Below are positions 9,881 through 20,985 of a stretch of 64,000 bases of DNA, one piece after another. Numbering within the stretch: position 1 is the stretch's first letter; every line of letters starts with the position of its first letter. A model generated the notes under the pieces. That model made no database searches and was not told where the DNA came from. It worked only from the letters and a program-made list of their open reading frames with translations. Source of the stretch: Nemertoderma westbladi (taxonomy: Eukaryota > Animalia > Xenacoelomorpha). The DNA lies in contig JAUCBJ010000187.1 of NCBI GenBank assembly GCA_032718475.1, forward strand, positions 71,482-135,481, written 5' to 3'. A program made the position numbers and the translations under genes.

Positions 9881-12363
9881 TTATATCTAAATCTCAGTCT
9901 ATATCTCAATCATTCGTGCTTTAGATTATCTTTATTAGTTATCTATTAGTTTTTTGTTACGTTTATGTATATCTTCTGTAATAAAGTCAGAATTATCGCT
10001 AATCTGCCCTTTTTCTATCTGTTCTACTATGCTTCACCACGGTGAACTCAACTGAGGGACAGGATGGCTGGCTAAACATCGGGCCACAGCAATGAACGGG
10101 AACATCTAAGGAATGTAGACAGGAGACAACCCGCAATATCACTCTTAGTTATTCGCCCATCGCCTGAAAGGTTAGACAGCGTTCGATGCCTTGCTACCTA
10201 AGTATAAGACCAAAGATCGAAGGTAGAGGTAGTGACACGCTGTACGCCTAAAATTACATCTAGGGACTGTACTGTTTTAATTCAGGAAAAAACCGCAGTA
10301 GACCTTCATATTCCTACGGGGGAGAGCAGGCAGAGATACTAGTACGCAGATAGGACGTAGGCACACCGGTACAAAGCATACACATTGGTAGGGTGCAGCA
10401 AACTGTACGCCTAACTCTTGCTAAGTACAGGTGCGTCTGTGACTATTTGTAGTACAACGGTGTCCATTGCATTAGAACTTGTAGGCCAGGAGGGTTACTG
10501 TGTTTCACCTGAATTAGGATTGTACCGTTCAGGCGGTAGGGCAGTTTACGACTAGGCGCAAATAAATTGAGGCTATTTAGGGATACTAACATCTACCGTG
10601 TCCCCGCCGACATCCTGATAGGAAGTTACCAAGCCCACCTAGGTAACCAAAATTCTAGATAGGACGCCAGGCTAGCTATTAGTACCCGTACGCCTACTGT
10701 AGTAAACTAACACATTTCTTCTTAGTATTAGGGACCTGGTAAATTAAAATTGCCGAATTCTGGGCGTAGCATTAATCTTATGCCTGAATTTGAGTCCTGG
10801 AAATACGCAAGAGGGGAAGGAGCCTTATCATTCGTGAGTATTGGACCTACAAGTTACAAAATTAGAATATTCGTAAAATGCACACCGTACCCAGTAATTA
10901 TATATATGAAGGAGCAAAACTGATCTTGACGGTTCAGAATTAACACAGGCGCGTTGGAAATTATTTACACCTCAAAATATATAAAATTAACTTTGTCCGT
11001 ACTGCACTTTGCCCGCTAGTTAGACATCTCCAGATCTCTGCACCTAGCTAGCGTCCTTTTCGCCCAACCGCGGCAAAGTATACGAGCCCCTTAGTCCGTC
11101 AGTGAGTCAGCCTGATTTTAGGATTCGCTGCGCGGGATTTTGTTTTATCGAAGTTTGTCCGTTCGTAGACTGTTTTCTGCCTCACCGGTTATAAGAGACC
11201 GATACTGCAATATATTCGCCTACTTGGAGTTTACTGTTTTGGTGAGAAGGTCGGATTTATGATTTGATTCACAAACTTTATAGTATGATATTGCAGGATT
11301 CGTGTATTTGTTACTGTCTCTTCATTTAAATATTTATAAAAATCTATCAAAACAAATGTTATAATAGAGTCAATGCATACAAATAAACTCTAAGGAGTTT
11401 GTAAACCAAGAAAATCTATAAATTAAAATCTGTTAAAATTTAGATTCTAGTCGATTAAGATATCGTAGCACTTACCGATACTCTTAAAAGGACAAATTTC
11501 CTAGAATCAAGGATTCCAGTCCCCAGACATGCTCTGGAATAAAATTGTGCCTATTTAATATTAAATAATAAAATTTACGGGAATAATTTTAAATTCATAT
11601 CCTCTCATGAATTTGATAAATTGTCATTTTATACAATTTATAACATTCTCAAAATTCCATTAATTAATAGATCATGGGAGCAGAGATTCACCCTATTAAG
11701 TATATTAGTGTGAGAGAATCTCCAATATATAGTCAATAGCCGATAAAATTCATAACATCATGTATAAAGGGGAATATTGACAATTAAAGAATTACTATTA
11801 AATAGCATCCCAGATCTGTATGCATGCGAATTACCCTAATTCTACTGCTAGCTTTCCATAATGTCACCATAGCAACAACCAGCTAGAATTAGAAGCGAGT
11901 TTAAAGAACAATAGAAAGCTTGCCCCATTGAATAGCATACGGAATAAATAGCACACTGTTAGTATCCAGGGATACATAATAATATCGTGGCATTCTGGAA
12001 GGCACTTGACTAACGGACAAATGGCCCGAATATGTACAATTTGTGACAGTTGTGTGGAATTTGTGCGTTTATAGGTGAATTTTGCTACTAAAGTGTGTTT
12101 ACAGTAGCAAGTCGCAGTTGTAAAAGTAGCCCTACCTCTGCAGTAAGAACCTGAAGTAAATCTAAGCCCTTGGGATGGACAGTGGAGTGACTCGCGCTGG
12201 TTATTGTTGTCGTTGTGTAGCTACTACGTTGGCGATAGGCACCGCGACAAGAGTACATCGGCGCTGAGGATCTTGCACTGTCCGGGGGCATTGAGGGGTA
12301 GGCAGCGACGCCTGCTAGCCTAATTATAATTAATTATAATATCGATAAACTCATATAGCAGCT

Positions 12364-13314
12364 ATGACTGAGTTGATAGAAGATGATCTTGGTATCAGGG
12401 AGCGATATACCCTACCGTTGCAAGCGTTTGTTGATAGCTTAATACGCAGCAACACTAGTCCAACTACTACGGAGGATGATGGCCGTTATATCGAACCGCC
12501 AATATCCAAGGAACAACTCACGCGTGAATTGGACTATATAAAATTCACCACTCGCTATACGCATCATAATGGTACGTATATGGACTTCTTAACTACTGGC
12601 CATCCTATCGATTTACACGATACGGACGATGTAGACACCGAAAGGGAAATGGTTCTATTTAAATATCATACCCAGCGGAGTTGGAACGATAAACCAAGAA
12701 TCGAACACGAGAATTCTATTCGAAACCGAATCGAAAGAGAAGACGTTGAAGAGCCGGATAAACGCAGCGACTTCAACGAATATCTGAAATTCTTGAGAGA
12801 AACATATCTCAATATTGCCAGCCAACAAAATCTAGAAACTCGATATCCTCAAGGTATACATCATGACCCTATGATAGAACTCAAATGGCTCTATTTCACT
12901 ATGATGTATCTTACCGCCGACCGACCGCTACCTGTTGTCCCGGATAGCTTCGAACAGATGGAGGAATATTGTAAAACTGGAGAACGATCACCCGCGTTTC
13001 CCCTACAGGACGTGTGTCTTTGGTATTATTGCGATGAATGCCCTAGACCCAACCAACAAACGGAAAGACATAGACAATTTGAACTCACGCAGCGTTACGT
13101 CACCGACACCGAGTGCAAACCGGCCATGGGTATCGATGGATCGATGTTACCCCAGCCCGTGCTCGAGATGTTGTTTAACGAAAGAATCCTTAAAATCGGC
13201 TCAGCTGTTTATGGAGATCTCCAAAACGACTTTAGGAACATGGAGAATATCCCATATCCTTTCGTAGATACCCAGCTGATTGCTCCCTGGGCAGAAGGCC
13301 GAGGTTTCTTCTGA
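12364..13314 (+). CDS. Retrotransposon accessory protein, N-terminal ORF (316 aa, unknown function)
   Basis: ATG-initiated ORF; close homolog at 33763-34152; in frame with the next ORF across TGA-ACT-ATG. Confidence 0.7.
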   Translation: MTELIEDDLGIRERYTLPLQAFVDSLIRSNTSPTTTEDDGRYIEPPISKEQLTRELDYIKFTTRYTHHNGTYMDFLTTGHPIDLHDTDDVDTEREMVLFKYHTQRSWNDKPRIEHENSIRNRIEREDVEEPDKRSDFNEYLKFLRETYLNIASQQNLETRYPQGIHHDPMIELKWLYFTMMYLTADRPLPVVPDSFEQMEEYCKTGERSPAFPLQDVCLWYYCDECPRPNQQTERHRQFELTQRYVTDTECKPAMGIDGSMLPQPVLEMLFNERILKIGSAVYGDLQNDFRNMENIPYPFVDTQLIAPWAEGRGFF

Positions 13315-13317
13315 ACT

Positions 13318-15015
13318 ATGTATGCCAATACACCCAGCGGCATCAATAAAGTACAACGAACCTCCATCGGACATCTTGCCTTCCAAGAATACAGATGGAA
13401 TTTCAAAGTCGGAAACCCTATCAACTATCAACAAGTATATGGAGATCATTATTCTCGATTATACTTCAACGGACCATTGACCGCACCTGGCGTCGTGTAT
13501 AGCTTCATGAGTGTTCCACTTCGTCCCTCATTAGCTATATACACTATCTTCGAGAACGCCGCACTTGCCGGTTGGCTAGCCGATGTGTGCAGTCGTACTA
13601 TACGCGCCCACCCCTTAATACTTGGAACCAAACTCGCCAAGCTAGATGAACACAATAAATTCATCCGCTTCGAATGCTTTAGGCGCTTTCTGACTCCGTT
13701 CCGTAACATTGATAGTCAGTTCAAGGACCGCGCTCTGACCAAGCTCAGCCTAAGAGACTCAGCTGCTGAGAAGTTAGACAGTGCTGGATTCGCCATTTTC
13801 AAGGACGTTTGTATACAGAACTTACATTCCTCTGTTATACAAAGACCTCGAATCCTTACGGGTTATTCTATCGTGGAAGTTCAGACACTGGGTTCGCTTG
13901 AGGAGACAGCCACACCTACCTCAGCTATGCAATTGGAAGACGAACCAATATGCTTAGAATCCGAGGAGATTCAGCCCACGGCGCCCCGGAGCAGTGACAA
14001 CGACTACGTCTTGGAATGGTATCAAGGTCCACAATGTCTCACTGCGTACAATTATCGGCATGCCAATTATGTCTCTAGGAAACGTTGCCGATTGTGCGCA
14101 TCTCGAGACCATTTCACCACGGTGGACTCCAACGTACCCTGCTCCTACTTCCATGAACAGCCTGCGAAGGAGATCTATTGTGTGTATTGTAGACTCAATA
14201 ACTTGCACATTTTCGCAGTCTGCCCCCAATTTATGACTCAATGGCATCATTGTCAGTTTAAAGGACATGCAAGTTTTGATTGCCCTTTCAACCGCGATCT
14301 GGAAAGCGTAGATAAAATGATTACCCTACGCTACATCCGAGCCTGGGAAGCGAACGCAGATTTACATTGTGAGTCACGTCATCGCTATTACCCTGGATGT
14401 GCCTACGAAGGAGTTTATGAGTTCCACCCGTATCTATTCGCGTCCGTTGAACAAAAATCTCGCACACCGAGTTACGAACTAATGAAGCGTGTTGGCGAGA
14501 ATATTTCGACCAAATTTGTTCGTAAATATCTCAGGAACATTAATCCCAATGATCTTAATTCCTATAACTTGATCAACTTCATCCGTCAAGATCCGGAATA
14601 TGGTGACTTGTTCATCAACTCGCATCCAGAACTACAGGAAGTTCATAGACGACCCTATGAATATAGAGCCCGAGAACGTGAGTTAGAAAGAACCATCAAA
14701 CCAAGGAAATTTCTCACTACTCACGGTCCACCTACCGCTCTCGTGCAAACGAATCGTCAGGGACCAGTAAGAGCTGCTGTCTTGAAACGCGCTCTGAAAG
14801 TTGTTCGACCTCGCTCCACTGAGGTTGATATCGATCAACCGGGTACCTCGACCGGCGGATACACCGACCGTAACCCTAAACCTTCCGATGCAATTGTATT
14901 GCACCCTTCACCCAGGAGTTATAGCCCTCCTAGTAAAGTGGCTTTCCCCAAAGAGAAAAGGACTCTTGCTAGCCTCAAAAAACTGCGTAAACGCCGTTCG
15001 CGTAAGAAGGACTAA
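13318..15015 (+). CDS. Retrotransposon accessory protein, C-terminal ORF (565 aa; three zinc knuckles, KKLRKRRSRKKD tail)
   Basis: Long ORF with homologs at 6833-8649 (distant) and 32713-33780 (close); ends about 80 bp before the LTR. Confidence 0.8.
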   Translation: MYANTPSGINKVQRTSIGHLAFQEYRWNFKVGNPINYQQVYGDHYSRLYFNGPLTAPGVVYSFMSVPLRPSLAIYTIFENAALAGWLADVCSRTIRAHPLILGTKLAKLDEHNKFIRFECFRRFLTPFRNIDSQFKDRALTKLSLRDSAAEKLDSAGFAIFKDVCIQNLHSSVIQRPRILTGYSIVEVQTLGSLEETATPTSAMQLEDEPICLESEEIQPTAPRSSDNDYVLEWYQGPQCLTAYNYRHANYVSRKRCRLCASRDHFTTVDSNVPCSYFHEQPAKEIYCVYCRLNNLHIFAVCPQFMTQWHHCQFKGHASFDCPFNRDLESVDKMITLRYIRAWEANADLHCESRHRYYPGCAYEGVYEFHPYLFASVEQKSRTPSYELMKRVGENISTKFVRKYLRNINPNDLNSYNLINFIRQDPEYGDLFINSHPELQEVHRRPYEYRARERELERTIKPRKFLTTHGPPTALVQTNRQGPVRAAVLKRALKVVRPRSTEVDIDQPGTSTGGYTDRNPKPSDAIVLHPSPRSYSPPSKVAFPKEKRTLASLKKLRKRRSRKKD

Positions 15016-15093
15016 CTGTTTAGAGTATTTTTATATTTTAGAAACTGTGATTTTTTATATTTTATAGAATTAAATCCCATTTTCTGGGAGCGG

Positions 15094-16227
15094 TGTAAAA
15101 GCTTTTGCGGATATAACAAGCCATTTTCTCCGCAATATACCGTGTAGGTATTTTAGCGGACATAACAAGCCATTTTCTCCACAATGTAACGTGTAGGGGC
15201 TTTAGCGGACATAACAAGCCATTTTCTGCCGCAATGCGCCTAATACTCTAAAAGACTGGAACTCATATGACGAAATCTGTCAGCTGATTTACTGTAAACG
15301 TGGCACATCTCTTTGTTCAGCTCGCTCAGCCAATCAGAGCGATTTTCATTTTATCTTGCACAGAGGCCTACGGAAAACCGCGCAATGCATTACGGATTTT
15401 GTTTACCTTTCTGAGCCTCAGAACATCGGCTTAGAAATTATTCTGTGCTTCTGTAGATGTTTCAGACTTTAGCCAAACATTAGACGGCTTTGATTATAAG
15501 AACGTAAATCTATTATCAAATTAAACCAAACCATACCAAACTGCATTATTTTACTTCTGTTTACTGCCTGTTATTAATTGTTATATGTTGATGGATATGT
15601 TGTTATATTTGGAGAATACCGATAAATAATCATAAAACCCCCAATCTTCTTGATTACTGAAGGTAAGAGGGACCGGTTACCTGTAGCAATTGCGACTTAC
15701 ATTATAGTGGTTTTAGTGTGAATTAAATGCTTTTTCATAATACCTACATGTGTCAGTTGGTATCCTCCTTATATATAATCAAATTCAGTGACGGTCGGCA
15801 GATCAGTGTGAAGTATTGTGAAGTCGTGTGCAGTAGGGTGACAGATAATAAAGCATCTCCTAAAGAATGCGCTATTTACGGAAATCATTAGCCATCTCGT
15901 TGTGTTTAGTGTAAGTCATAACTCTGTTTTATACTTAAAGCACCACGTCCTAAAGGAACTGTTAATATTTCCCCGAAAGTGAATAATATTGTCAGAGATT
16001 ATATAGTAACGATCAATCAAATAATACAGTAGGTCTGCAACGCAATAAATTTCAAAGCACCCGAATCCAGTCTCCCTTAACTGTGGGTGAATGATCGCGC
16101 ATAGACTGGCTTCGGCTAATGTTACTTCATGTGCACTAAATAATTGTTATAGGCTAAAGTCGATTTATAAACAAGAGGACACCTAAAATTGGCAGGTTAA
16201 ACTGCTAAAGGTCTGAAAGCGCGAACA
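15094..16227 (+). repeat. Family-B LTR (B1) with three ~50-bp tandem repeats at 15103-15236
   Basis: TG...CA termini (TGTAAAAGC...GCGCGAACA); homologous to LTRs at 31390, 34802 and 43352; TATA near 15771 and TCAGT Inr near 15804. Confidence 0.9.
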
Positions 16228-17739
16228 TCACCCTTATTATACATTCAGTACTCCTAATATTCAGTTAGCGATTAGTTTGTATGGTCTAGGTCTAGTTTGT
16301 ATGTCAGATTATGGCTATATTTATCAGATATTGTAGCTGGTTAACTATTAATTATACAGTATTTGGTGCTGGTCTGAGCACTGAAATAGCAACGAGAGAA
16401 CTCTCAACATGGTTTGTATTACAACATACAGAACTGAGTTACCCAACCCCCTTTACAGTTTATTGACAGCACGACTGACTCATCCTCCCATAACTCCCTT
16501 TTGCATTTCCTTTTTAGAACAACAACCGGCCGTCGGTTTGCTGAGTTGTCATCTCTCTAAACAATGCAGTTGTGAGCGGAATGATTTTCTCCGAATTGAT
16601 GAATGATCTTCAAAATATCAACTAGAGGTGGAGGGGGGCATTGAGATATTATTAGTGTATAACTTTTACTATATTATTTTATTCATTAATGTTAAAATTA
16701 ACGCAATTCACAAGGATATTTAGACCATCGGTAAACTAATAACGATTTATTACATCGAAAAATAAATATCCTTTTTTTCCCGGTTACACAGATATATAAA
16801 ATTAGCTCCAAGGTTTTAATTACCTGTAGGGTTAGACAGACGAACCAACCATAACCAAAAATTTATTACATTCTGAATTTTTCCTGATATCACAATTTTG
16901 TATTGTACAGTAGGCTTAGGTATTGTTGCCACTTATAGTGTCAATATTGTGTGGTTTTTAGCGGGATAATAGGGTTATTGTAATTCGATAATCATTACCA
17001 ACAAACTAAGGCTTGATCATTATATGATATTTTTTCAAACTAACAAACTAATACAAATAGTTAATATGTTTGCAACGCATTTATATTATCCATGGAATCA
17101 ATTTTATGTAATAATTAATATTTTAATTCAGTTATTTGAAACGACAAACATAATTTTTTTTATATTCCGCATATTATATTATATTAAAAATAGTATATAA
17201 AATTAAATATATAGCTGCACCAACCCAACATCCCACCACCAATCAGAACAATATAATTAAGACAAACCAATTAAACATACAATTAAAAATGGTGCACCGT
17301 GGATTAATACCGGTCTGCGAGGTCATTCCCCCGCAGACCCGCACCATCTCCAAAGCCCAGCGCCCTCCAGGGACGCCGGCCACCACGCAGACAGAGGGAG
17401 TTAGAGCGGAGGAGCTCGAACTGAAGCCGCCTCCGAACTCCCCCGAGAACGCAAGCCCGTTCGCTAGGCCACGTTCCCGCATCCCCTGCCGCCGGGCAAC
17501 GAGGGTCTCAGCGAGGTGGCAGATGAAGATATCAGTCTCCTTGCACCACACCCCGTCGAATAATCAATTTATAACTTGTTTCAGGTGGAAACTATTTACG
17601 ATTTTTACAATAATATAAATTATTAGGGCATGTAATATATGCATAATTATTATTAATTATGTTCATCACTGTCCCAGCTGGCCCACAGTATTAATTAGAG
17701 CACGACCCGGCTTCATAATTACATTTACGGGTACTGTGG

Positions 17740-20245
17740 TGTTAAAGCTTTTGCGGCAAAAATGTGTCGTTTTTGTGCAATACGCGAACTACTCTAAAAC
17801 TGGCAGTATCTTGAGGGATTTGAGAACTTATAAAACTTACGCCCTCTAGCGTTTATTTTGGTACAGAACTATAGTGACGAAATCACCAGCCATTGGCCAG
17901 TATTTTTCTTTGTCTCGTAGCCTCTATGTTCATTTCCCGGCCAATCAGCACAATTTTCACTTCACGATTTCTTGAGGCCTTGTTTAAATATGAATATGCG
18001 GCAGTGCGACAAAATTATTCATTCTGACTTTTGCCCAAGACCATCAGGGCTATCAAACACTGTCAATTACCGCTCGTACTCCTTTACTTTTTTGCTCTCT
18101 CGGTACTGACTCTAAAACTCTCACTGTTGTAACGGCAAACATCTGACTGTTGATTAAATGCCGGCACCGCATATTTTATACTGTTTTATACTGTTATTCA
18201 TTGTTGTTTGGTAACATATTTAATGGATGCTTATATTCCCAGTTAAACATGAACTTATGTTTCATATGTGGTATATATATGTTGTATGGAATAGGTGTGT
18301 CTGGAAATTGGGTTTTTATGCTCATGTATGAATAGTACATGTCACGCATGCGGTGATACATACACTTAGAATGTGTGTATCGCCATTTATGGTATTTATA
18401 TGTTGCACATATGAATTTATCATAAATAAATGTTTGAGAATGCGCATGTGAATAATATATGTCAAGCATATGTGAAATGGCCATAGCCAAGACTCCATAA
18501 ACTATTCAATTCGTAATTGTGTAAACCAGTTCATGGATTTTATATGTTGCACACATGTTTGCCTTATGGTAATACAGGCCTTACAGTAATACATGTGCAG
18601 AAAAGAATAGCGTGGGGGGATGCGGAATTTGTTGATGTCACTACTCAGCTTTTTGCATTAAGAAGAAATATCGTTTTAATCAGCAGTATAATACGTTGAA
18701 TCTATATTTTTTGTTATACTGTATTTTCAAAGTACCGGCTATTTAACCATATAATGTATATATAATCAATACATAGGCCTGCTATAAGGTTTAAATGATC
18801 TGTGAAGGCTGTATGGACACTAAATTGAAGTAACCATAGTCGATCGTCCAATTGTTTTCTTTATTGCATTTGAGGGCTGGTGGTGGGACACATTTTTCAA
18901 ATGATAGGCATTTCATAGTCTGATCCTGCAATCATTCTTCTTAACCACGTCGTGTCGCTTGCAGTTTAGCTAGTGAATCGCAAAATATTTTAGATTTTAC
19001 CCATAACAGCATAATGCGTTGCATAAGCCTACCGCTAATCATAGGCAACTCAATTGTTCAGTGATGCAGTGTGTGACTTGCCTGCTTTCTGCATTGCACT
19101 ATGCACATTGTGCTGTGCATTGTACACTGTACAGTGCTGTATTAACAGAATTAGACAAACATATGTATGGCTGTGTGGTGGTTTTCACTTGTCAGGTTGT
19201 GGTTGTGCATTGTCATCTGCGCTGCAGTTTTAATTGTCATCAGAAAGGGGTACAGACATAGACAGATAGCATACATGCACTATACCATCCGTAAGGTAGG
19301 CAGGCCTATTGCAGTTCTTATCCCGTTAAAAAATTGAACATATGTTTCACATGTGGTATATATTATGTTGTATGGAAAAGATGTCTTAAAATTAGATATA
19401 AAATATCATATGAGCAATTATATGATCTTAGAATTAATTAATTTTCGAAGATTTATCAAAATGAATAATCTATTATAGCTGGAAATTAGATAACTTAATT
19501 AAATCTAACTAATAGAATACGAATTTACGGATCATAACCAAAATCTATTAAGGATACTCTCATATCACTATGGATTAAATATTTCATATATACTCCAATG
19601 CTTCCTTCTCTAAATGTATAGAGTATGACGTGTACGTGTAGGGCCGTAGGATAGGGTGTAGGGATTGGATAGGATAAGGATAGGTAGGCTAACCCCCCCC
19701 CCACCTTTCTATAGGAAATGCAGACCCACAAAAGTGATTGGTCGGTCTCAGTTTAAATTTTTACTCTTTTTGTCGCACTTGTCACATAAAAAACATACGT
19801 GTATCACATGTGAACATTCCACATATGGATCACATTTGACAACACTAACATTTACATATATGTATCACATGTCGAATTATTTATGGCAACCATATATGAA
19901 ACACATACTCATGTTTAACTGGGTTTGGAGAATACTTACGAATAATCGATAATTCCCCCTAACTTTCTTTATTATTGATGTAAGCAGCAGGGAACATTAG
20001 GAAAAATTGCTTGGCTCAAATTACAGAGGTCTGTATGAATTTTATGCTATTTCATAACCCCAACGTAAGTGAGCTGAATTTCTCCTTATATATGAGTAAA
20101 ATTGGTGACAGTCAGCAAATTAGTGTGTTTCAGTACTATTGTCAGTAAAGTGAGTGCGAGCGAATAATTATACATTCCTATTGAATGTAAAAACTGTGAT
20201 GTTTCATAACCCTCCGTTGTAATTAGTATAAGTCATAACTCTATC
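17740..20245 (+). mobile_element. Diverged, 3'-truncated family-B-related LTR interrupted by a DNA transposon
   Basis: Starts TGTTAAAGCTTTTGCGG; shares blocks with B1 (GCCAATCAG, CTCCTTATATAT, TAAGTCATAACT). Confidence 0.65.
18238..19923. mobile_element. Non-autonomous TIR DNA transposon, CMC/EnSpm-like
   Basis: TIR CCCAGTTAAACATGA / TCATGTTTAACTGGG with 2-bp TT duplication; removing it restores TTATATTTGGAGAATAC as seen in LTR B1 near 15603. Confidence 0.8.
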
Positions 20246-20250
20246 TGATA

Positions 20251-20359
20251 GCTTTTTGCTGGGCACAGCTTTTGCAAAGACGGCAATGACGTCGAGGTGG
20301 GATCGAACTGGTGACCTCCGGGTTGGAAGTTTAACGCTATAACCATTAGCTAGCGGCTC
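20251..20359 (-). mobile_element. tRNA-derived SINE (partial inverted copy at 20533-20585, plus)
   Basis: TAGCTAATGGTTATAGCG A-box and GTTCGATCCC B-box; body GACGTCATTGCCGTCTTTGCAAAAGCTGT repeated in opposite orientation; A-rich tail. Confidence 0.6.
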
Positions 20360-20985
20360 AGGTAAAAGATAGACCTGGAAATTCTGTCTGATACCTTGTA
20401 TGTCCGCAATTTACCTCCTCATGGCCTCCCATCTGTCATACCATCATCTGCTGCCACTGTGCTCAACCCTACAGTACTTAGCCGTCTTTAACCACTCGCT
20501 ACAATATACAGTAGATTGTATATATAGATTGTATCCCACCTGGACGTCATTGCCGTCTTTGCAAAAGCTGTACTCAACAAAAAAGTCATAATGGTCGATT
20601 ATGCTATACATACCACAATGTAGCATATTGGCCAGTCTACCAGTCAATCAACACCAGACCCCAATAATTGCAGTTAAAAAGTTATTCATAATGTATTTAG
20701 TCCTAATTATGGTATTTTAGTTAACACAAATCACACAAATACGCTTCCACAATTGAGTATTGTCATTAGTAATTAGTCATTAATTTTAAATTATTTAAAT
20801 TTTAAATCGAATAATTTGTCGTTAATTTAAATTGCTGTATATGCGGCCAGAATATACAACGTACAATTAACATAAGTACTGTAGGTTTTGTTGCTACAGT
20901 GCACTTGTAGTCTAATACTAATACCTATGCTATATTAAATGGCTAATAAATAATTACACACTCAATCGTAACCTTCTACAAGACG

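Larger units (their letters stand above)
6788..11324 (+). mobile_element. 3' part of a second family-A BEL/Pao element (A'): accessory gene, AT-rich UTR, PPT, LTR
   Basis: Accessory ORF remnants, then PPT-like GGAGCGG (9428-9434, same as the family-B PPT) immediately followed by the LTR copy. Confidence 0.75.
9435..11324 (+). repeat. Family-A LTR (3' LTR of A')
   Basis: Starts TATAGAATT right after the PPT and ends ...TCTCTTCA where homology with 4885-6787 stops. Confidence 0.75.
11325..16227 (+). mobile_element. 3' part of family-B BEL/Pao element: internal noncoding region, accessory gene, PPT, 3' LTR
   Basis: Collinear reverse-complement homology with 32635-36540 of the complete element 31390-44596; PPT GGGAGCGG before TGTAAAAGC. 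Confidence 0.85.

Noticed and set aside
4885-11324. DNA transposon or Polinton-like element with 1.9-kb TIRs around a three-gene cassette
   Set aside because: The arms have LTR features (PPT adjacency, TATA, polyA signal, position upstream of gag) and no transposase is present; nesting explains the layout better.
12364-15015. env gene
   Set aside because: No signal peptide, furin site plus fusion peptide, or TM anchor seen; has zinc knuckles and a basic tail instead.
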